Shown: positions 1-6,713 of the stretch, piece after piece
How the letters are laid out: each line of letters begins with the position of its first letter
Numbering within the stretch: the stretch's first letter is position 1
Source: Acidobacteriota bacterium
Lineage (GTDB): Bacteria; Acidobacteriota; Thermoanaerobaculia; Multivoradales; UBA5704
Reading direction: 5' to 3'
Length of the DNA stretch: 39,728 bases
Assembly (NCBI GenBank): GCA_040005235.1
Contig: JBDTZG010000049.1
Location: 1-39,728 of the forward strand
Notes under the pieces: model-generated
What the model saw: only the letters and a program-made list of their open reading frames with translations
Told to the model about the DNA's origin: nothing
Database searches by the model: none
Translations under genes and position numbers: made by a program

Positions 1-1579
1 CGATCTCGCGGGTGATGGCGAGAACCTGCTCGAAGTACTCGATCGCGCGCCGAGTTTCGCCGAGGTCGGCGTAGGCGATTCCGAGGCTTCCGAGGTCCTG
101 TCCTTCGGCGCGTCGGTCCCCAATCTCGCGAGAGATCGAGAGTGCGGCATCGTGGTACTCGATCGCGCGCCGAGTTTCGCCGAGGTCGGCGTAGGCGAGT
201 CCGAGGTTTCCGAGGTGGTTCCCTTCCCTCGCCCGATTCTTCGTTCGCTGCGCCCCCTCCCGCCCCGCTTCGAGCCAGGCGATCTGCTGCCGAGGGGGCA
301 GGCGGAGTTCGAGCACGTACACCCCCGCATTCGGGTACTCGCTTGCGAGTCGCGCGGCTTCTTCCCTTTCCTGAAGCTTTTCGGCCGCCCACGTCTGTCC
401 GGCAGCGATCTGATGCCGCTCGCGATCGAACAGTGCGAGGCCCTCGAGGATGTGCTCGTTGCCCTGTTTGTAAAGCTCTTTCGCTTCCCCGAGCACGCCG
501 CAATAGTGCTCCGCATGCCGCAGCTCAACCTGCGCCTTCTCCTCCTCCGCCCGCTGCGAGGCCGCAAACGCCCGCGCGAGGTCGTGGAGCTTGTACCTGC
601 CGTCCTTCCCTTCGAGCAAACTCCCGCGCACGAAGGCGCCGAGCATTTCGTCCGTCTCTTCTTCGCCGAGCCCCCACACGGCCGCGGCGGCCGGGGCGTC
701 GAAGTCTCCGGCGAAAACGGCGAGGTGGTGGAAGCGCTGTTGAAAAGCATCAGGAAGGAGGGAAAGCCCAACCCCGAGCACCCTCTCGCCGATCGCGGCT
801 TTTTCTTTTTCCTTACCCAGACGCTTTTCCAACTCCTCAGGGGAGAGATCCGGCCGCTCCACGAGCGAACCGGCCGCAATGCGCAGCGCAAAGGGCAGAT
901 ACCCGCACAGCCCCGCGATGGACTTTGCCCGATCGCCGATCCTGCCGGCGATCCCGAGCAGGAGCGTGCAGGCATCCTTTTCGGGCAGCAGCTCCAAATC
1001 GCAAACGGTCAGCCCGGGGAGGGTGAACCTCTGCCGCGAGGTGACGAGCAGCGCGCACCCTGTGGGAGGCACGAGGGGGGCTACCTGATCGAGCCCGGAG
1101 GCGTTGTCCATCAAGAGGAGCGCTCGGCGGCCGGCCAGAACGTCTCGATAGACAGCCACAAGTTGGGAGCCTTCGGGCAGGCGCCTCTCCGGGTCAAACG
1201 AGCGCACCACCTGGGCCATGGCGTCGGCGGGCGAAAGCGGGCCTTCTTCGCTCACTCCCCGGAGATCGAGGAAGATCTGCGCATCGGGGTAGTCCGCCGC
1301 CATCTCGTGCGCGAGCACCAGGGCGAGCGCCGTCTTGCCCACGCCGCCCTGCCCCTGGAGGCCGCAGATCGTGGCGCCGCCTTTTCTCACCGAGGCGCGA
1401 AGCGCTTCGAGGTCCTCGGTGCGGCCGACGAAGTCGGCGGGCGGGGGTGGAAGTTGATGGAGGGGAGATCGAGAAGCCGATGCCGCGGCGGCTTCGATAT
1501 AGGTTCCGGCGAGAACGATGTTCCTTCCCGCCTGTGCGTTCGAGATCTCCCCCGTTACGCCGGGTGCGCCGGGGGTCAG
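1..1579 (-). CDS. NB-ARC (STAND) ATPase with C-terminal TPR repeats, bacterial NLR-like; 3' end runs off the window; no canonical start, probably reached by -1 frameshift from the 1576..1875 ORF
   Basis: Not in the ORF track; translated by hand on the minus strand. Motifs: LHQLPPPPADFVGR, Walker A GQGGVGKT, Walker B ALLLMDNA, sensor-1 LLVTSR, LCGYLPFALR (GxP), then 40-aa TPR units (GNLGLAYADLGETRRAIEYH / GSLGIAYADLGETRRAIEYF). The + strand ORF 152..1816 is its in-register antisense shadow. Confidence 0.9.
   Translation of the reverse strand, partial: MTPGAPGVTGEISNAQAGRNIVLAGTYIEAAAASASRSPLHQLPPPPADFVGRTEDLEALRASVRKGGATICGLQGQGGVGKTALALVLAHEMAADYPDAQIFLDLRGVSEEGPLSPADAMAQVVRSFDPERRLPEGSQLVAVYRDVLAGRRALLLMDNASGLDQVAPLVPPTGCALLVTSRQRFTLPGLTVCDLELLPEKDACTLLLGIAGRIGDRAKSIAGLCGYLPFALRIAAGSLVERPDLSPEELEKRLGKEKEKAAIGERVLGVGLSLLPDAFQQRFHHLAVFAGDFDAPAAAAVWGLGEEETDEMLGAFVRGSLLEGKDGRYKLHDLARAFAASQRAEEEKAQVELRHAEHYCGVLGEAKELYKQGNEHILEGLALFDRERHQIAAGQTWAAEKLQEREEAARLASEYPNAGVYVLELRLPPRQQIAWLEAGREGAQRTKNRAREGNHLGNLGLAYADLGETRRAIEYHDAALSISREIGDRRAEGQDLGSLGIAYADLGETRRAIEYFEQVLAITREI
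35..198. repeat. Direct repeat with 120-nt period encoding tandem TPR units
   Basis: gtactcgatcgcgcgccgagtttcgccgaggtcggcgtaggcga occurs at 35-78 and 155-198. Confidence 0.9.
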
Positions 1580-1603
1580 ACTTTTGGGTCGGGATGGTTC
1601 TCC
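1549..1603 (-). promoter_or_regulatory. Putative programmed -1 ribosomal frameshift signal
   Basis: Minus strand: GGAG (1603-1600), 11 nt, C_CCA_AAA (1588-1582) in the zero frame, 6-nt spacer GTCTGA, then hairpin CCCCCG-GCGC-ACCCG-GCGT-AA-CGGGGG (1575-1549). The -1 frame is the NB-ARC frame. Confidence 0.7.
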
Positions 1604-1875
1604 ACGCGAACATCGCCGCCTGCATCGAGATCGCGCGCGGTGACTTTGCCCCCGGTGCGGCCGGCGACGCCGATCGAGCCTTCGGCCCGAATTCTTTCGG
1701 CGGTCGTTTCTCCGGCCGGGTGCCGATCGCTCTCGCTGCTCCCTTTGAAGGAAAGGCCGGTGCCGCCCGGGCCGTCGATTTTCAGCTCGCCCTTCTTGCG
1801 GAATACGGCCAGGTAGGCGAGAGCGACGAGCGCAAGAATTCCTAAGGCGATCAATCCGGCAGTCTGAGGGTCCAT
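1576..1875 (-). CDS. 99-aa protein with one N-terminal transmembrane helix and a Gly-rich, beta-prone C-terminal segment
   Basis: ATG at 1875, divergent from the pilT-like gene. MDPQTAGLIALGILALVALAYLAVFRKK is a hydrophobic helix followed by basic residues; ends ...RDLDAGGDVRVENHPDPKV*. It is the C-terminal part of track ORF 1576..2661, whose remainder is a pilT shadow. Confidence 0.75.
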   Translation of the reverse strand: MDPQTAGLIALGILALVALAYLAVFRKKGELKIDGPGGTGLSFKGSSESDRHPAGETTAERIRAEGSIGVAGRTGGKVTARDLDAGGDVRVENHPDPKV

Positions 1876-1974
1876 GGATGTATTTTCGCAGAAAATGGGC
1901 TTCCTTGCGCGCACGAGCCCGGCGTCCGTCCGTGTACAATGAGCCGCTTTTAAAAAAACAGCGACGGAACTCGT

Positions 1975-3378
1975 ATGGAACTCGACAAGCTGCTGCGCAT
2001 AATGACCGATCGGAAGGCCTCCGATCTTCATTTGAAGCCGACCCGTCCGCCGCTGCTGCGGATCGCCGGCCGGCTGATGGCGCTCGACATGCAGCCGCTT
2101 CGGCCCGACGAGATCAACGAGATGGTGCTCTCGATCTTGAACCCGACGCAGAAGGCGAAGCTCGACTCGACCATGTCGGTCGACCTCGGTTACGGCGTTC
2201 ACGGGCTCGCGCGGTTCCGCGGCAATATCTACATGCAGCGTGGCACCTACGCCGCGGCGTTCCGGCGCGTGCCGTTCGACATCCGCAACATCCAGGATCT
2301 GGAGCTGCCGAAGGTTCTGCTCGATTTCACCGAGATGCCGATGGGGCTGGTGCTGGTCACCGGGCCGACCGGTTCGGGCAAATCGACCACGCTCGCCGCG
2401 ATGATCAAGCACATCACGGGGCGGCGGCCGGCCCACGTGATCACGATCGAAGATCCGATGGAATTCCTGTTCACCGACGACGTCGCGACCATCTCGCAGC
2501 GCGAGGTGGGCACCGACACGGTCAGCTTCCGGGAAGCGCTGCGCAACGCCATGCGGCAGGACCCCGACGTGATCATGGTCGGCGAGATGCGCGATCCCGA
2601 GACGGTCTCGACCGTCATCACCGCCGCCGAGACCGGCCACCTGGTGTTCTCGACCCTGCACACCAACAGCGCCACCCAGACCGTCGATCGCATCCTCGAC
2701 ACCTTCCCGGCCGACCAGCAGGGACAGGTGCGGGTGCAGCTCGCCCAGGTGCTCAAAGGGGTCGTCTCGATGAAGCTGGTCGAGCGCCAGGACGGCGCGG
2801 GGCTGGTGGCGGCGCTCGAAATCATGCGGTCGTCGCCGAAGATCTCCAAGATGATCGAGAAAGGCGAGACCAGCGAGCTGCTCGAAGAGGTCGAGTCGTC
2901 CGTCGGTTATTACCGCATGCAGTCGATGAACCAGTCGCTGCTCGCCCTGCTAGTCCACGGCACGATCACCTACCCCGAAGCGATGCGCGAGTCGTCCGAC
3001 CCCGAAGACCTGCAACTGAAAATGCGCAAGATGTTCCCCAACATCGAAGTGAGGGAAGGTGAGATGAGCCCGACCACGTCCGATTTCGCCGAGATCTTGG
3101 AGCTGCAACAGTTCCGCAAGCTGTATGAAGAGCAGGAAGAAAAGACCAAGATGAAGCTGGCCGAAAAGGACGACGAGATCGGGGATCTCCACTCCGCCAT
3201 GCGCCAGCGCGACGACGTGATCGAAGACGGTCGCCAGCGTTACGCTGAGTCGCTCAAGGAACAGGAACGGTTGAAGGGCGATTATGGCCGGCTGCGCCAG
3301 GAAGCGCAGGAGAAGATCGACAAGCTGATGGAGCGGATCAAAGAGCTGAACCAGAAGCTGGTCGGCGGGGCACGGTAA
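1975..3378 (+). CDS. pilT: PilT/PilU-family type IV pilus ATPase with C-terminal coiled-coil extension
   Basis: ASDLHL, RFRGNIYMQRG, Walker A GPTGSGKSTT, TIEDPME, RQDPDVIMVGEMRD, AAETGHLVFSTLHT. Confidence 0.9.
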   Translation: MELDKLLRIMTDRKASDLHLKPTRPPLLRIAGRLMALDMQPLRPDEINEMVLSILNPTQKAKLDSTMSVDLGYGVHGLARFRGNIYMQRGTYAAAFRRVPFDIRNIQDLELPKVLLDFTEMPMGLVLVTGPTGSGKSTTLAAMIKHITGRRPAHVITIEDPMEFLFTDDVATISQREVGTDTVSFREALRNAMRQDPDVIMVGEMRDPETVSTVITAAETGHLVFSTLHTNSATQTVDRILDTFPADQQGQVRVQLAQVLKGVVSMKLVERQDGAGLVAALEIMRSSPKISKMIEKGETSELLEEVESSVGYYRMQSMNQSLLALLVHGTITYPEAMRESSDPEDLQLKMRKMFPNIEVREGEMSPTTSDFAEILELQQFRKLYEEQEEKTKMKLAEKDDEIGDLHSAMRQRDDVIEDGRQRYAESLKEQERLKGDYGRLRQEAQEKIDKLMERIKELNQKLVGGAR

Positions 3379-3437
3379 ATCAATCCCGCGAGGGAATGCG
3401 AGCCCTTCCGGCGGGGGAACGCCGCGAGCGCACCCCC

Positions 3438-3557
3438 GCGAGCGGTTGAAACCGCTCGCTACGTAAAGAAGTCCCTCCCGGGACTTAAAGCCGATCGAAC
3501 CCGAAATTCTCGTCCCGCAGGGACGATTAACGTAGCGAGGGAATTCATTCCCTCGCG
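3438..3557. repeat. Pair of oppositely oriented GTAG-type REP-like palindromes (REPIN/BIME-like) between convergent genes
   Basis: gcgagcggttgaaaccgctcgc-tac (3438-3462) and gtag-cgagggaattcattccctcgc (3532-3556), with inner palindromes agtccctcccgggact and cgtcccgcagggacg. Confidence 0.65.
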
Positions 3558-4798
3558 ATCTTCCGGACCAGCCTCGCCGCCTCCTCCGCCGTCTTCACCT
3601 CGCCTCGCACCTGCGCCTTGCGCAGAGCGGCGAGCAGCCGGCCCAGCTCCGGTCCGGGGGAAGCTCCCGTCACTTCTCGGACTCTCTCGCTCGATAGCAG
3701 CCGTGGCGGGTCGAAGATCGCCTCCCCCTCGCGGTTCGCCAGCTCCGCCAACGATCGGATGTCCGGCTCCCGGGCTGCGCCGCGCGCACCGAGGTAGGCG
3801 AGCGCCGCGGGCCAGAGCTGCGCTCCCAGCCGATGGAGAAACAGGCGCCGGTCGGGCTCGGAGGGCGGCAGCGACGAGAGCGCCAGAAGGTAACCGATCG
3901 GCTGGGCTTCGGCTTTCGATAGATAGCCGCGGTCGACGAACCGCGCGAGCGAACTCTCGGCCCGGCCGCCGTGCTCGCCCAGCTCGGCGAACAGTAGCGC
4001 CCAGCGCCCGGCGGTCCGGGCCGCCTCGTCGGTCGCCCGCGCCCATTCCTCGTTCGAAATCCGTTCGTAGGTGGTCAGCCGTTCGATTCCTTGGGCGGAG
4101 GGGACGATCTCCCCCAGGGTGTAGGTCCATAAACCCGGATAGATGCCGATCTCGGCCAGGATTTTCACCCCCACCGCTGCGCGGGGGGAACCGACGATCC
4201 GGCCCAGCTCGTCGCGAATGCGCTCTCCGGCGACGCTCGGCAGGGCGGCGGCGCTCACCCGGGCGAGCAGCAAGGTCTCCTGTAAGGGGGCGAAGCCCGG
4301 CAGCTGGACCGCGAGCCGGGCGAGCCGGAGCAGGCGCAGGGGATCGCCCGCGAAGCTTTTCCCCGTCACCGCGCGCAGGAGGCGGCGCTTCAGATCGCCG
4401 AGGCCGCCGAACGGGTCGACCGTCTCGTGAGTCTGCAGGTCGTAGGCGACCGCATTGATCGTCAGGTCGCGGCGCGCCAGATCCTCCTGGAGCGACATGC
4501 CGGAGCGGTCCCAAATGTCGAGCTCCAGATCGTCCGCCACCAGGCGGAACGCCGGAAACTCCTTGCCGCCGAGCGGCACGAATCGCGCCGGGAGCCGGGC
4601 GGCGAGAGCGCGGGCGATCTCTTCGCCGCGCCCCTCAACGACGGCGTCCAGGTCATGAACCTCCCGGCCGAGCGCCGCGTCGCGGACCGCGCCGCCCACC
4701 AGGTGACAGGGGGTGGCGCCCGCGATCTCGGCGAGCTGGGAGACGGCGGGAAGGGCGAGCAAGGCCAACAAAGAAGAAGAGAAATTCATCGACGACAT
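3545..4798 (-). CDS. Class II tRNA nucleotidyltransferase (CCA / poly(A) polymerase family), possibly CC-adding type
   Basis: VGGAVRDAALG..HDLD, EDLARRDLTINA, DPFGGLGDL, DPLRLLR, ERIRDEL, C-terminal PGPELG. Start uncertain (4816, 4798 or 4789). Confidence 0.88.
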   Translation of the reverse strand: MSSMNFSSSLLALLALPAVSQLAEIAGATPCHLVGGAVRDAALGREVHDLDAVVEGRGEEIARALAARLPARFVPLGGKEFPAFRLVADDLELDIWDRSGMSLQEDLARRDLTINAVAYDLQTHETVDPFGGLGDLKRRLLRAVTGKSFAGDPLRLLRLARLAVQLPGFAPLQETLLLARVSAAALPSVAGERIRDELGRIVGSPRAAVGVKILAEIGIYPGLWTYTLGEIVPSAQGIERLTTYERISNEEWARATDEAARTAGRWALLFAELGEHGGRAESSLARFVDRGYLSKAEAQPIGYLLALSSLPPSEPDRRLFLHRLGAQLWPAALAYLGARGAAREPDIRSLAELANREGEAIFDPPRLLSSERVREVTGASPGPELGRLLAALRKAQVRGEVKTAEEAARLVRKIARE

Positions 4799-4862
4799 GG
4801 CACGATCATGCCGCAACTAAGCGGCCCCGGGGGCGGTGGACTCATTGCGGGGGAAGGATTCC

Positions 4863-4891
4863 TTGTCAGCGGCGCGTTCAACCGCTAAGAT
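4863..4891 (+). promoter_or_regulatory. Putative sigma70 promoter for gatC-gatA-amidase
   Basis: TTGTCA-17 bp-TAAGAT, ending 14 nt before the gatC ATG. Confidence 0.5.
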
Positions 4892-4905
4892 TTCACTCGA
4901 AGGCC

Positions 4906-5199
4906 ATGGCGCTAACTACCGAAGAAGTCAGGAAGATCGCGACCCTCGCCCGGCTTCGGTTTTCACCGGAGGAAGAGGGGCGTCTCACCGCACAGCTCGG
5001 CCAGATCGTCGAGTACATCGACCAGCTCCATGCGTTTGCCGGGAGCGCCGAGCCGGAGAGCTTGGCCGGCCTGCCGGAAGGAGAGGACTCGGTCGTCCCC
5101 GGCCTGCCGCGGGAGATGTTCCTGGCCAACGCCCCGGAAGAGCGCGACGGGTTCCTGGTGGTGGCCGAGGTCAAAGCGTCGGAGGCCGAAGGCTCGTGA
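4906..5199 (+). CDS. gatC: Asp/Glu-tRNA amidotransferase subunit C
   Basis: MALTTEEVRKIATLARL..QLGQIVEYIDQL..LANAPE..DGFLVV; stop overlaps the gatA start (GTGA). Confidence 0.92.
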   Translation: MALTTEEVRKIATLARLRFSPEEEGRLTAQLGQIVEYIDQLHAFAGSAEPESLAGLPEGEDSVVPGLPREMFLANAPEERDGFLVVAEVKASEAEGS

Positions 5200-6713
5200 G
5201 CGCGTCTCCGGCCGGAACGCCGCTTTGGAGCCTCTCGGTCGAGGAGATCGCTCGGCGCGTCGCGGCGGGGGAGACGACCGCGGTCGAGGTACTGGAATCA
5301 GCGCTCTCCCGCACCGCAGAGGTCGAGCCCTCAATCGGCGCCTACCTGGAAATCTGGGCCGACGAGGCCCGCGGGCGCGCCGGGCGGATTGACGCCCGCG
5401 TCGCAGCGGGCGAACCGGTCGGCCCCCTCGCCGGGGTGCCGATCGCGCTCAAAGACAATCTGAGCTTCTCCGGGCACGCCGTCACCTGCGCCTCGAAGAT
5501 CCTCGAAGGGTACGTCGCCCCCTATACCGCGACCGCGGTCGAGCGGCTGCTCGCGGCGGGGGCGGTGCCGGTCGGCCGGGCGAACATGGACGAGTTCGCG
5601 ATGGGCTCGTCGTGCGAAAACTCCAGCGTCCAGGTCACCCGCAATCCGTGGGACCTTTCACGCGTGCCCGGCGGTTCGAGCGGCGGCCCGGCCGCTGCGG
5701 TGGCCGCGGGCTCCGTGCCGCTCTCGTTCGGCTCCGACACGGGCGGCTCCATCCGGCAGCCGGCCGCGCTGTCCGGCATCGTCGGCTTCAAGCCCACCTA
5801 CGGGCGGGTCTCGCGGTACGGGCTCGTCGCGTTCGCCTCCTCGACCGACCAGATCGGCCCGCTCGCCAAGAACGTCCGCGACGCGGGCGTCGGCTATGCC
5901 GCGATCGCCGGGCCGGACGCGCACGATTCGACCTGCGCCGACCGAGCGGTAGAAGAGCCGCTGGCCGGAATCGAAGACGGTATCCGCGGCTTGAAGATCG
6001 GCTCGTTCCGAGAGGTCGACGCCTCGGGGCTCGGCCCCGCCAACGCCCGCTGCTGGCAGGAGTCGCTCGAACGGCTGGCGCGCGCCGGGGCCGAGATCGT
6101 CGAAGTCTCGGTGCCGAGCCTTCAGGCGGCGATCGCCGTCTACTACGTGATCGCCACGTCGGAGGCGAGCGCCAACCTCGCCCGGTTCGACGGCATCCGC
6201 TACGGCCGTCGCGCGAGCGGCGCCAACAGCCTCTCGGCCACCTACGTGCAAAGCCGCAGCGAAGGGTTCGGGCCGGAGGTGAAACGGCGCATCATGCTCG
6301 GCACCTTCGCGCTCTCCTCGGGCTATTACGACGCCTACTACGGCCGTGCCCGCGCGGTGCTCGAAACCATGCGCCGCGAGCTGGACGCGGCTTTCGAACG
6401 CTGCGATCTGCTGGTTTCGCCTACCAGCCCAACCGGAGCGTTCCGGATCGGCGAGCGCTCCGCCGATCCTCTCGCCATGTACCTGTCCGACATCTACACC
6501 ACCCCCGCGAGCCTGGTCGGCCTGCCCGCGCTCGCCCTTCCCGCCGGGTTCGATGACGAGGGGTTGCCGCTGTCGCTCCAGATCACCGGCCGGCCGTTTG
6601 CCGAGGCCCAGGTTCTCCGCGCCGGGCGCGCTTTTGAAGCCACAGGGGATTGGCGGGTCGCCCCGACGTTTAAAAATCGCCCGGGCTTGGGAGTGGGGGC
6701 GATTCCGCCATGA
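5196..6713 (+). CDS. gatA: Glu-tRNA(Gln) amidotransferase subunit A
   Basis: Amidase signature: IALKDN, NMDEFAMGSS, PGGSSGG, GSDTGGSIRQPA, KPTYGRVSRYG, EVKRRIMLGTFALSSGYYDAYY. GTG start coupled to the gatC stop. Confidence 0.96.
   Translation: MSASPAGTPLWSLSVEEIARRVAAGETTAVEVLESALSRTAEVEPSIGAYLEIWADEARGRAGRIDARVAAGEPVGPLAGVPIALKDNLSFSGHAVTCASKILEGYVAPYTATAVERLLAAGAVPVGRANMDEFAMGSSCENSSVQVTRNPWDLSRVPGGSSGGPAAAVAAGSVPLSFGSDTGGSIRQPAALSGIVGFKPTYGRVSRYGLVAFASSTDQIGPLAKNVRDAGVGYAAIAGPDAHDSTCADRAVEEPLAGIEDGIRGLKIGSFREVDASGLGPANARCWQESLERLARAGAEIVEVSVPSLQAAIAVYYVIATSEASANLARFDGIRYGRRASGANSLSATYVQSRSEGFGPEVKRRIMLGTFALSSGYYDAYYGRARAVLETMRRELDAAFERCDLLVSPTSPTGAFRIGERSADPLAMYLSDIYTTPASLVGLPALALPAGFDDEGLPLSLQITGRPFAEAQVLRAGRAFEATGDWRVAPTFKNRPGLGVGAIPP

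Noticed and set aside
142-1816. Long + strand ORFs 142..1026 and 152..1816
   Set aside because: Antisense shadows of the NB-ARC-TPR gene; no recognisable motifs.
1876-2661. N-terminal 262 aa of track ORF 1576..2661
   Set aside because: Mostly antisense to the pilT-like gene; only the part from ATG 1875 looks like a real protein.
4836-5195. N-terminal extension of the gatA ORF
   Set aside because: Overlaps gatC in another frame; the GTGA-coupled start at 5196 fits better.
4906-6713. gatB missing next to gatCA
   Set aside because: Split gat loci are common; uninformative without the rest of the genome.
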